From positions 1 to 47,081 of IMG/VR virus record IMGVR_UViG_3300016667_000284: a stretch of DNA of 47,081 nucleotides. One strand, 5' to 3'. The notes beneath the pieces are model-generated. The model saw only the letters and a program-made list of their open reading frames with translations. It did no database searches and had not been told where the DNA came from. The DNA comes from a virus. Made by a program: the position numbers and the translations under genes. This document shows positions 27,099-34,694 of the stretch, piece after piece; position 1 is the first letter of the stretch, and every line of letters begins with the position of its first letter.

Positions 27099-27411
27099 AG
27101 GTGACAACCTTGGGAGAGGACAATGCGTCCGGCCATGCTTATGGCATGGGTGGCGGAGGTGGGGAAGGGGGTTGGTGTGGTTGGTTACACGTTGTAGCCA
27201 GTCCGTTTTCCACAGGAAATTTTGGAGAGGCGGCCGAACGTGATTTTCACGATCGGTCGGCGGTCCCCGCCGGGGGGTGGCCTACGGCCACCAGGCGCCT
27301 ACCAGGCGCCTATTCCCGCCAGTCTGGCGTGGTGCGCTACGCTCACTAGGTAGTGACCTGCCATGCCTAACCCATTGATCCAAAAGGATAGGCCGGGGGT
27401 CGGATTGCGCG

Positions 27412-27876
27412 TTACGCCGCGTCGCCCTGCGATATGACCTTGGCGGCGCCAAGCGGCTTTGCCGCATCGGCGCGATCAGCAAGCGCCTCATCTAGCTTGG
27501 CAATGGTCGCTGCCAGCTCGTCCGCGCTCATGTCCTGTAGGCTCTTTTCCCTTGCGCTGTCGGGCTTTGCGCCATGGCCGGCCGCGTCGAGCATGTACTT
27601 CGCCGCGCCAAGGCGAACGTTGCCAGGGTTGCCAGGCTTCATCAGGTCGACAAGCGTGTTGTAGGCAATCGTCGCGCCTTCCGTCTCGATGAGACGAGAG
27701 CGCGCGTCGGACAGTGCTTTTTGGACGTTTGGGGACCGGATCGCCTGATACCCAGCCTCTCGATGTGCGTAGCCTGCAATCTTGGCCGCTTCACTGGCGT
27801 TCGGATTTTTCAGGTAAGCCGCGACAAAAGCCGCTTGCTGCGCAGTAAGGCCAGCCCCGCTGACTTCAAGCGCCAT
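27412..27876 (-). CDS. terS: terminase small subunit (Terminase_2-like)
   Basis: LTAQQAAFVAAYLKNPNASEAAKIAGYA...SPNVQKAL... N-terminal HTH pattern typical of the family. 154 aa. Confidence 0.8.
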   Translation of the reverse strand: MALEVSGAGLTAQQAAFVAAYLKNPNASEAAKIAGYAHREAGYQAIRSPNVQKALSDARSRLIETEGATIAYNTLVDLMKPGNPGNVRLGAAKYMLDAAGHGAKPDSAREKSLQDMSADELAATIAKLDEALADRADAAKPLGAAKVISQGDAA

Positions 27877-27987
27877 TTTTTTCTCTCTTTCCCCGCTTGA
27901 CGTGGCGACAATCTGTCACTACGTGTTGGCTCAACAGGCCAACAGATACAACATCGGCCGACAACATCCAACCCGGAGATTGAGACA
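27877..27987. promoter_or_regulatory. divergent control region between terS and the plus-strand cassette
   Basis: TTGACG at 27895. Four CAACA[GT] repeats (27932-27967), ACAACATC x2 (27948-27955, 27961-27968) and inverted repeat GTTGGC/GCCAAC. Confidence 0.4.
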
Positions 27988-28149
27988 ATGAATGAATTGA
28001 CCGAAGGGACCGCCATCGTCGCCACTGTGTGGGGCAAGCGCCGTGAAGGGCAGATTGTCGAGAACCGCGGAAACGGCGTGGTGTGGGTGCGCTTCAATGA
28101 CACCGGCAAAATGCAATGGCTCCACTCCAATAGCATTGAGCGCGCCTAA
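27988..28149 (+). CDS. small beta-barrel-like hypothetical protein (53 aa)
   Basis: GGAGA RBS. MNELTEGTAIVATVWGKRREGQIVENRGNGVVWVRFNDTGKMQWLHSNSIERA. Below the track cutoff. Confidence 0.45.
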   Translation: MNELTEGTAIVATVWGKRREGQIVENRGNGVVWVRFNDTGKMQWLHSNSIERA

Positions 28150-28268
28150 TGCTCTCCACCGCCTGCACAATCGCAATCAGCATGGCCGGCGCCTACGCGC
28201 TGGCCAGCATGATCCACACAATCCGCACCTATGCACCAGCCGTGCGCAAGTTGCTCAAGGGGGAATGA
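28149..28268 (+). CDS. tiny hydrophobic peptide (39 aa)
   Basis: TAATG coupling. MLSTACTIAISMAGAYALASMIHTIRTYAPAVRKLLKGE. Confidence 0.35.
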   Translation: MLSTACTIAISMAGAYALASMIHTIRTYAPAVRKLLKGE

Positions 28269-28271
28269 CCG

Positions 28272-28655
28272 ATGACCAGTATCTACGAACAGCACGACAA
28301 GGCATTCGAGCAAGTTTCCGCCTATGTTGTCCTAAAGGACGGAGAAAAGGTTGCAACTGTCGCAATCAAGTATCCGCGCGATGGCGCCGGCCGCCTGTGG
28401 GCATACGTCCATTGGATAGGACTGGAAATGGTGCGCGGCTACGCTGGCGGATACGGCTACGACAAACGCACGGCCGCATGTGCAAGCGCTGCACGCAAGT
28501 TGCGGGAAGTTGCAGCAAACGCCAGTCATGAAGACGGGTCGCGAGCGAAGGAGCGTGGCCTTGTGCAATTCGAGCAAGCGCTTGCAACCGATGGCGGCCG
28601 CCATTGGGACGATTGCTTGCGCGACGCTGGCTTCACCGTGTTGCAGGCGGTTTGA
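28272..28655 (+). CDS. hypothetical protein (127 aa)
   Basis: ATG start, good coding look, contains an AGGYGYDKRTAA motif, no recognised domain. Confidence 0.6.
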   Translation: MTSIYEQHDKAFEQVSAYVVLKDGEKVATVAIKYPRDGAGRLWAYVHWIGLEMVRGYAGGYGYDKRTAACASAARKLREVAANASHEDGSRAKERGLVQFEQALATDGGRHWDDCLRDAGFTVLQAV

Positions 28656-28759
28656 TCAAGCCGAAACGCGCCCGCAAGGCGCGTCCGCGCGGAGCGCTTC
28701 CCGCGCGCTGATGATGGCAGGCAAAAGGCCAGGACAGAGACAATAGGAGCTAGAGGGCA

Positions 28760-28978
28760 ATGGCGCAACTTCCTCACAACATTGATCGCAGCGTATTCAA
28801 GGTCGGCGAATACGTCCTTTACGCAAAGGCAGGCGCCACCGGCTACACAATGCGCGTCCGCCGTGGCGGGAAGGGTTGGGAAACCTACTACCACGAACCT
28901 CTCGCAAGGCAGGCCGGTGGCGTATTCACCTACATGACAGCACGTACGCTCGCTGAATTGGGGGAGCGCGCCGCATGA
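28760..28978 (+). CDS. hypothetical protein (72 aa)
   Basis: RBS GGAG...ATG, coupled to the next ORF. Confidence 0.55.
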   Translation: MAQLPHNIDRSVFKVGEYVLYAKAGATGYTMRVRRGGKGWETYYHEPLARQAGGVFTYMTARTLAELGERAA

Positions 28979-29232
28979 CCTACCAAGCCAAGCGCGAACT
29001 CAACCGCATTGCGACGCTCGCCGCGTTCAACGTGTGCGGAGACGCCAAGCGCGACAAGCTCAATCAGCATTCGACGCTCTATCTGTTCGCCGATGAATCG
29101 CGCCTGCAAATCGACCACACGCGCCGCCGTGCGAGCTGCTGGCACGTCGAATGGACGGGACAGGAACACGACACACACTTAGCCCCCATTCGCAACCTGC
29201 CGATCCTTGTAAACGCAAGAGGCGCCGCATGA
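28975..29232 (+). CDS. hypothetical protein (85 aa)
   Basis: ATGA overlaps on both sides. Confidence 0.55.
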   Translation: MTYQAKRELNRIATLAAFNVCGDAKRDKLNQHSTLYLFADESRLQIDHTRRRASCWHVEWTGQEHDTHLAPIRNLPILVNARGAA

Positions 29233-29324
29233 CCGCCCTGGCAGAGCTGGCAGGCGCCATCTTCTTCACCTGCGCCCTAGTGGCGTTCGTTCAAGAGCTT
29301 TGGGAGGACAAACGCAATGGCTGA
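29229..29324 (+). CDS. tiny hydrophobic peptide (31 aa)
   Basis: MTALAELAGAIFFTCALVAFVQELWEDKRNG. ATGA overlap upstream and an 8-nt overlap downstream. Confidence 0.3.
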   Translation: MTALAELAGAIFFTCALVAFVQELWEDKRNG

Positions 29325-29619
29325 CAAGCACACGCCGGGACCGTGGCGCATTTGCAATACAAACCGCGGGCTATACATCGCCGGGCGGGATCCGGGCTAT
29401 TTCGCCGAAATATTTTATGGCGACAAGACAAGCATGACGCATTTTCCAGAGCAACAAGCTAACGCCCGCCTGATAGCGGAAGCGCCCGCCATGCTGGAAG
29501 CGCTGCGCGCTTTGCTGGACGCCATGCCGGCGCCAGCCACGCGTAAACTGACTGCCGCATGGGATGGTGCCCGCGCCATCCTCTCCCGCATCGACGGCAA
29601 GCAAGGAGATGTCGCATGA
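29317..29619 (+). CDS. hypothetical protein (HTPGPW ... ANARLIAEAPAMLEAL type)
   Basis: 100 aa. A pattern recurrent in prophage ORFans. Confidence 0.6.
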   Translation: MADKHTPGPWRICNTNRGLYIAGRDPGYFAEIFYGDKTSMTHFPEQQANARLIAEAPAMLEALRALLDAMPAPATRKLTAAWDGARAILSRIDGKQGDVA

Positions 29620-30032
29620 CCTGGAACCCGTCGAGCGCCAACCCGGCGCGTAAGGCCGATCGCGCCAAAATGGCCGCGTACCTTGTCGAGCTTGTAGAGA
29701 GCGCGGGTTTTACCGCTACCGTGACGCATGAATGGCCAGCCGCGCCTTCGCGCGAAACGATGGTCAGAATTGAGGCTGGCGACGCTTTCGTCGGCGTCGA
29801 CTTCGGGCCGCTTGAGGCAACCAACGGCTATATCGTGCCGTGGAACACTCGCAACGGCGCACGCTTTTCGTCCGCCTTCGGCGTTGCCGTAGGTGCGCAA
29901 GTGAACCGATTTCACGGCCACAAGTGCATGGGCGCATATGTCCCCGACTTCGGACTTACTTGCACCTACGTCAACCGCGCCTTGCGCTGCATTCGTGACG
30001 GCAAGGCATTCGAGCAAGGGGATGCCGCATGA
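29616..30032 (+). CDS. hypothetical protein (138 aa)
   Basis: ATG 29616 forms an ATGA overlap. The track ORF 29559.. has an Arg-rich, unlikely N-extension. Confidence 0.6.
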   Translation: MTWNPSSANPARKADRAKMAAYLVELVESAGFTATVTHEWPAAPSRETMVRIEAGDAFVGVDFGPLEATNGYIVPWNTRNGARFSSAFGVAVGAQVNRFHGHKCMGAYVPDFGLTCTYVNRALRCIRDGKAFEQGDAA

Positions 30033-30232
30033 AACTCCACCCCTCCCAGGCCGACGAGCTGCAAGCCATGGCGGTAGCGTGCGCGGAGCGCGCCGCCGCC
30101 TATCGGCTGGCAGGCGACAGCCCCACCGCCTACCACTGGCGGCAAGCCGCCGAGCGCTGCAACTCGGCCTCGATCTGGATCCGCGACGCGTTCAGGCTTG
30201 AGCGAGAGGACGCGCAACGCAACCAACCCTGA
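30029..30232 (+). CDS. hypothetical protein (67 aa)
   Basis: ATGA overlap. Last gene before the terminator. Confidence 0.55.
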   Translation: MKLHPSQADELQAMAVACAERAAAYRLAGDSPTAYHWRQAAERCNSASIWIRDAFRLEREDAQRNQP

Positions 30233-30256
30233 ACGTCACCACATGGCAGAGACACG

Positions 30257-30290
30257 AAAGGCCCTCGGGATAACCCAGAGGGCCTTTTCT
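30257..30290. terminator. bidirectional rho-independent terminator between convergent operons
   Basis: AAAGGCCCTC-(11 nt)-GAGGGCCTTT followed by TTCT on plus and UUUCGUG on minus. Confidence 0.7.
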
Positions 30291-30322
30291 CTATCCAACG
30301 CGCTACGCGCCCGCAAAAGGCC

Positions 30323-30784
30323 CTAGGAGCGCAACCAGTCCGGCAAGGCACTCCGACACCCGCCAACCCCCTCTTCGCGCTCTACGGCCCCTCCCAGCGC
30401 AAAATAGGGCACATCCACCGCAACCTTGCCACCCTTCACCGGCTCACCGAACGCGAACACGGGGCGAAACCGGCTATCGTCCACCACCATGGCGTCGGCC
30501 AGACCGTCCAACGTCGCCTTCAGCGACGCTATCGCGTTGTCGAAGTCCCGCCGCCTGGCGTCGGGCGGAAACAGCGTCACGCGCAACGCGATGCGCCCTG
30601 CGCCCCACTGCGACCGATCCACCCCCGCTACCGCTTCGCGGGCTAGCGCCCACGCGGCGAGCCGCGCCGCCTTCACCGCCTTGTGCTTCTGTGCCCAATG
30701 CAGCCGCGCGTTGGGCGACAGGTTCCGCGACGGCCACGGGAACACCATGCGGGCAATTCGATCAGGTTCGGTAGGCGTGGCCAT
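30323..30784 (-). CDS. rusA: RusA-family Holliday junction resolvase
   Basis: LSPNARLHWAQKHKAVKAAR ... RRRDFDNAIASLKATLDGLADAMVVDDSRF. ATG 30784 has a GGAGA RBS. Confidence 0.8.
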   Translation of the reverse strand: MATPTEPDRIARMVFPWPSRNLSPNARLHWAQKHKAVKAARLAAWALAREAVAGVDRSQWGAGRIALRVTLFPPDARRRDFDNAIASLKATLDGLADAMVVDDSRFRPVFAFGEPVKGGKVAVDVPYFALGGAVEREEGVGGCRSALPDWLRS

Positions 30785-30979
30785 GGCGTGTCGTCTCCTG
30801 TCGGTCGCCATGACCTACACCGCCCATGCGGGGCGATCAATCAGGGGCGCAATGCCCACCCCATGCGGCGCCCTTTTCGACCACTCACACCCGCCCCAAG
30901 TGGAGTGGAATTAGGGGCACCCCAGCCCTATGGGTTGGGGGGTGTAGTACGCTAGTCTACTCCCCCTTTAGGGGGGACA

Positions 30980-31152
30980 GCCCGGAACGTTTGTTTTCAA
31001 TGACTTAGCCTGGCGACATTCCGGACACCGTTCCGGACCCCCTATTTTCGCCTTAAACCGCTGTCGCGTAACGATTTTTTTCGACCTGTTCCGGATATTC
31101 CGGGCCGTTCCGGATCACGTCCCGGAACGCTTCCCGGAACGGGTCCGGACCC
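30980..31152. repeat. iteron-like cluster (about 9 copies of a GTTCCGG / CCGGAAC core in both orientations) with a T7 run; putative replication origin
   Basis: Cores at 30982, 31019, 31031, 31089, 31098, 31108, 31121, 31133 and 31143. ACGATTTTTTTCG at 31071-31083. Lies directly downstream of the primase/helicase stop. Confidence 0.55.
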
Positions 31153-31161
31153 ACTTTTTGC

Positions 31162-33558
31162 CTACATGACGTCGCCATTGCGGGGCACGATTTTTCCATG
31201 GAATGCGTCGTACTCGAAGTCGCTCCACAGGGGGTCTTCAACCACCTCTTCGGGGTTGTGCCACTCCCTCACGCGGTTCTTTTTTGACCGCAGGTCGAGC
31301 CACTGGACCTCCTTGCTACGGCTCTGGATCGCGACCTTGAACAGTGGCGATCGGTTGCCCTGCAACAGCTTCTCGACCAGTGCGGTGATGGGATCCTTGC
31401 CCATCGCGGCGATGCATTCGTGGAAGCGGTTGCGCTGCTTGTAGATGCCGCTCTCGCGCCCTGTGGCGGTGAAGAACAGGCCGCGCTCCGCGTACCAGTC
31501 GATGCAGAACAGTAGCCATGCAGACCGCATGTCCGCCGTGCGCTGCGCGCCCTTCACGGCTGCGTCGCACTCCTGGAGGATGCCGCTCGGCTGGCGCATC
31601 AGGTAGCGCTCGCCATCGAGCATCGGCTCGTTGCTCTTGACCACGGCCACCTTGTAGAGCTTGCGTGCCTGCACCGGCAGGCCCATCAGGTCCATCTGCT
31701 CGCGGTAATCCGGGGCCTGCCACAGGCCGATGGCAACGCGCACGTTGTCCTTGATCGCGGCAGAGCCGCGGATCGCCTCCAGCATCTTCTCCGGCCCGTC
31801 CACGGGCTTGTCGTCCTTCAGCTTGCGCACATGGTGCGACAGCATCACGAAAGCACCGATGGCGCCCGTGACGGGAGCCAGTCCGCGCATGTACTGCGCG
31901 ATCACTTCGGCACTGTTCTCGTCGCCATGGATCGTCGCGTTCATGGTGTCGATGCCGATGCCTTCGATGCGGTGTCCGCGCTCGATCAGGCCATAAAGCG
32001 CACTCACCACGCGCGCCCATTGCGGCGACAGGTCGAAGTCTGTGCTGTACGGCTTTCGGCTCATCAAGGGGAACGATCCGCCCGTATTGTCGAACGGTAT
32101 CACGATCAGCCGCTCGCCCGCTTCGCGGCGCAGCGCCTTGCCCGGATCAATTCCATGCCAGCGGCGGTTAAGGGAAGCCTGGTTGTCCTCTGCGGTGAAC
32201 AGCACGTAGGTTCCGCCATACGCGTGCGGCGTTACCGGCTGGCCAAGCCACTTGTGCACCGGCCCGTTGGGCCTCGACGCTGCCAGCTTCAGGAACAGGT
32301 CTAGCATCAGGAACGTCTTGCCTGCCCCGCCTTCGGACACCAGCAAGTGCCGAAGGCCACGAGACACCAGCCCTTCCACCAGATCTTCCCGCGGTGCGGG
32401 ATCGTCCGTGGTGCGGTTGTCCACCGACCATGACAGCAGGTCGTCCGTCGTATTCAGCGGCTCGATCTTCGTCGCCATGTGCGCCTGCACAGCGGCCGGA
32501 GGCACGATCGCAGGCGCAGACGTCACGAACTCGCCATTGCTGGCAACGTCATGGTTCACCATGCCCACCCATTCGCGCTCGAAGCGCTCGCGCTCCCATG
32601 CGGGAACCATGTGCGACAGCACCCACCCCCACGTCAGTTCGCGCGCGCTATCCAGCGTCTCCAGCCCCTTGCGGACGCAGTTGATGTGGTGCCCTGCGAC
32701 GGCATTGAAGCTGTCCCAGCGCGTCGCGCCGTCAACTCCACCTGCATGCACGTCTGTCGTCAGCGTCGCCGCGATCCTGTTCGGATCCAGCCCGGCGCCT
32801 GCCGAGAAATCCATCACGCCATTCGCGCCGACAATCATCCCCTGCGACGGCGCGCACCCTTCCATCCACTCCATGCTCTCGATGGTGTCGATCAGGTCCG
32901 ACAGGTCGTATACGCGGTCGGTGCGGTGAACCAGCTCGACCGGCTTCTTCATACCGCCCTTGCCATAGGTCGAGCCTGCGATGCGGATCACCTGTGCGGG
33001 CCGGCCGAACGACTGGTCGCCGCCTACCTTGGCGGCCAGCAGCTTGCGCGCCCGGCCGATGTCGGCCACGCGCTCCGACGGTTCGGACAGCACCCAATAG
33101 GCATGGACCTTGTTGTGCCCCTTGTCGGTAATGCCGCCCGAGTTAACCACCATCGACGGCTCGCCTAGCCAGTCCATGCAGTGCTGCATCTTCTCGTCGA
33201 CATTGCCGCTGTCGATGTCCAGCATCAGCGCGCAGAACGCGCGCACCTTGTCCTCGCGCACGTCGCCCGTATCGACAGCCTTGTCATCCACGATGCCGGG
33301 AAGGACGAAGCTGGCGATGCCGTTCTCGCCCCAGCGGTTGAGATGCGTCTCGATCTGCGAGAAGCCGAACACGTTACGCGGGTCGATGAACTTGTTTTCG
33401 CGGAACTTGCCCTCCTGCGGCGTCCCGGCTTCGCCGATGCCGCGCAGCGCGATCACGCCACCGCGCTTCCAGTCCCAGCCGCGGAACAGCGTGCCCATGA
33501 ATGCGCGGACGGTTTCCATGTCCGCCTTGCTGGCGAACAGTGCGGGATTGAAGTTCAT
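31162..33558 (-). CDS. bifunctional primase-polymerase / RecA-like (AAA_25) replicative helicase
   Basis: N-terminal prim-pol motifs (LMLDIDSG, HAYW). Walker A SEGGAGKTF in the C-terminal half. 798 aa. Confidence 0.85.
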   Translation of the reverse strand: MNFNPALFASKADMETVRAFMGTLFRGWDWKRGGVIALRGIGEAGTPQEGKFRENKFIDPRNVFGFSQIETHLNRWGENGIASFVLPGIVDDKAVDTGDVREDKVRAFCALMLDIDSGNVDEKMQHCMDWLGEPSMVVNSGGITDKGHNKVHAYWVLSEPSERVADIGRARKLLAAKVGGDQSFGRPAQVIRIAGSTYGKGGMKKPVELVHRTDRVYDLSDLIDTIESMEWMEGCAPSQGMIVGANGVMDFSAGAGLDPNRIAATLTTDVHAGGVDGATRWDSFNAVAGHHINCVRKGLETLDSARELTWGWVLSHMVPAWERERFEREWVGMVNHDVASNGEFVTSAPAIVPPAAVQAHMATKIEPLNTTDDLLSWSVDNRTTDDPAPREDLVEGLVSRGLRHLLVSEGGAGKTFLMLDLFLKLAASRPNGPVHKWLGQPVTPHAYGGTYVLFTAEDNQASLNRRWHGIDPGKALRREAGERLIVIPFDNTGGSFPLMSRKPYSTDFDLSPQWARVVSALYGLIERGHRIEGIGIDTMNATIHGDENSAEVIAQYMRGLAPVTGAIGAFVMLSHHVRKLKDDKPVDGPEKMLEAIRGSAAIKDNVRVAIGLWQAPDYREQMDLMGLPVQARKLYKVAVVKSNEPMLDGERYLMRQPSGILQECDAAVKGAQRTADMRSAWLLFCIDWYAERGLFFTATGRESGIYKQRNRFHECIAAMGKDPITALVEKLLQGNRSPLFKVAIQSRSKEVQWLDLRSKKNRVREWHNPEEVVEDPLWSDFEYDAFHGKIVPRNGDVM

Positions 33559-33577
33559 TCTCGTTCGTCCTTGTAAT
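33548..33577 (+). promoter_or_regulatory. sigma70-like promoter candidate antisense to the primase start region
   Basis: TTGAAG (33548-33553), 18-nt spacer, TGTAAT (33572-33577). Confidence 0.35.
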
Positions 33578-33621
33578 CAGGACAGGCGCACGGTAAACCG
33601 CTCCCGTCCTTTGATGCACAT

Positions 33622-33653
33622 AGAGCCCGGCCTGCCAGCCGGGCTCTTTTTGT
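33622..33653 (+). terminator. rho-independent terminator oriented on the plus strand inside a minus-strand operon
   Basis: AGAGCCCGGC-ctgcca-GCCGGGCTCT followed by TTTTGT. No U-run on the minus strand. Confidence 0.65.
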
Positions 33654-33682
33654 ATGCCACCGTCGATCGGCAACGCCAACAA

Positions 33683-33799
33683 CTAGAACATGAAGACGGC
33701 GAGCAAGAGCGCCCACGCCCACCATGGCGCTCCATTGGCCAGCATCACCAGCACGATGATCACGAGCGCGATGAACGCGCATCCTGCTCCGTCATCCAT
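33683..33799 (-). CDS. tiny hydrophobic peptide (38 aa)
   Basis: MDDGAGCAFIALVIIVLVMLANGAPWWAWALLLAVFMF. Starts 1 nt after the upstream stop. Confidence 0.3.
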   Translation of the reverse strand: MDDGAGCAFIALVIIVLVMLANGAPWWAWALLLAVFMF

Positions 33800-33800
33800 G

Positions 33801-34094
33801 TCACTTCCCCTCCACCCACTGATACAGCCACACCTCGCGCCTGATCGTCGAATAGCGATCGTTCCAGTGATTGCGCATGGTGTACTCGCGCTCCACCTTC
33901 CGCCGCGTCACGACGCCCTTCTGCACGAAGCGCCCCAGGATGCGGCTGCAAGCCGTCTTCTTCAGCCCACAGCCTTCCTCCGCATCCATCAGCGTCCATT
34001 CGCCAGGCTGCGCAGCAGCCCATGCAGCCAGGATCGGCGCCACAGGCGGATACTCGTTGTACTTGAGCAGGTGTTCATACGGTGCGGGCATCAT
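33801..34094 (-). CDS. winged-helix-like small protein
   Basis: AAGGAG RBS. MMPAPYEHLL...KKTACSRILGRFVQKGVVTRRKV. 97 aa. Confidence 0.5.
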   Translation of the reverse strand: MMPAPYEHLLKYNEYPPVAPILAAWAAAQPGEWTLMDAEEGCGLKKTACSRILGRFVQKGVVTRRKVEREYTMRNHWNDRYSTIRREVWLYQWVEGK

Positions 34095-34266
34095 GGACTC
34101 CTTGCGGTTCAAGTTCGGCAATCCGCGCCTCAAGTTCCTCAATCCTTGCGGCTTGGCTGGACAGGGCTGCGGCGGCTTCGTCACAGATGCCATAGTCGCC
34201 AAGTGGATGGTCGCGCCCGAAGAAACCGTTAGCCGCATCCCGCAACCGCTCGATCAGGTCTTTCAC
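34075..34266 (-). CDS. hypothetical coiled-coil protein (63 aa)
   Basis: ATG start, operon context. Confidence 0.45.
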   Translation of the reverse strand: MKDLIERLRDAANGFFGRDHPLGDYGICDEAAAALSSQAARIEELEARIAELEPQGVHDARTV

Positions 34267-34691
34267 TGCGCGTCTCCTAGGGCGTCATGGGCGGCGAGTA
34301 GATCATTCCACTGGCACGCCTTGACCACGTTATCAGGTGTGGTCCCGCACGCGGCGGCAACCTGCTCAACTTCGTGGGCAAGACTTGCGAAAGGCCGTAA
34401 CGCCTCCCGCAGCCGCGCCACTTCGGCCTCTGCTGCCTCGGCGCGGGCGGTGGCTTCCCGCAACATGTCGGTACGTTCGGCAAGGTCTTGCATGACTTCG
34501 CCGCGAATGTCGTTCATGTTTGCGAGCGCGGCGCTGGCATCCGCCCTGCTCACAAACACGGCCTCTATCTGCTCGCGTAGGTATGCTGCGGCTTGGTGGC
34601 ACATGTCGCAGTGGGGATCTGCGCAAAGGACATCGCCCATCGCAGTCACCATGCCATCCCACAGCGCACCATAGTCAAAGTCATTTGCCAT
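34263..34691 (-). CDS. hypothetical protein (142 aa)
   Basis: ATG start, ATGA overlap downstream. Confidence 0.5.
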   Translation of the reverse strand: MANDFDYGALWDGMVTAMGDVLCADPHCDMCHQAAAYLREQIEAVFVSRADASAALANMNDIRGEVMQDLAERTDMLREATARAEAAEAEVARLREALRPFASLAHEVEQVAAACGTTPDNVVKACQWNDLLAAHDALGDAQ

Positions 34692-34694
34692 CGG

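Noticed and set aside
27148-27187. Possible G-quadruplex in the G-rich plus-strand tract.
   Set aside because: Only three runs of three or more G, with a first loop longer than 7 nt. It does not meet a standard four-run G4 pattern. The minus-strand C-rich RNA interpretation is more parsimonious.
27071-27349. 92-aa Gly-rich plus-strand ORF (and 27001-27243, 27282-27491) in the terS-spike gap.
   Set aside because: Poly-Gly/Trp composition driven by the G-rich tract. No RBS. It spans the terminator hairpin and the palindromes, so the region is treated as non-coding.
28656-28759. Two GC hairpins (CGCGCC/GGCGCG and GCGCGG/CCGCGC) inside the plus-strand cassette as an internal terminator.
   Set aside because: No U-run follows either stem. 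They are probably just GC-rich intercistronic structure, and the evidence is insufficient to annotate them.
31053-31241. 62-aa minus-strand ORF overlapping the primase 3' end and the repeat cluster.
   Set aside because: Its sequence is largely a translation of the CCGGAAC iterons and it overlaps the primase stop region. It is better explained as a non-coding origin.
33555-33782. 75-aa minus-strand ORF upstream of the primase.
   Set aside because: Arg-rich, overlaps the primase start, and spans the plus-oriented terminator hairpin. A 38-aa hydrophobic ORF (33683-33799) and non-coding RNA elements explain the region better.
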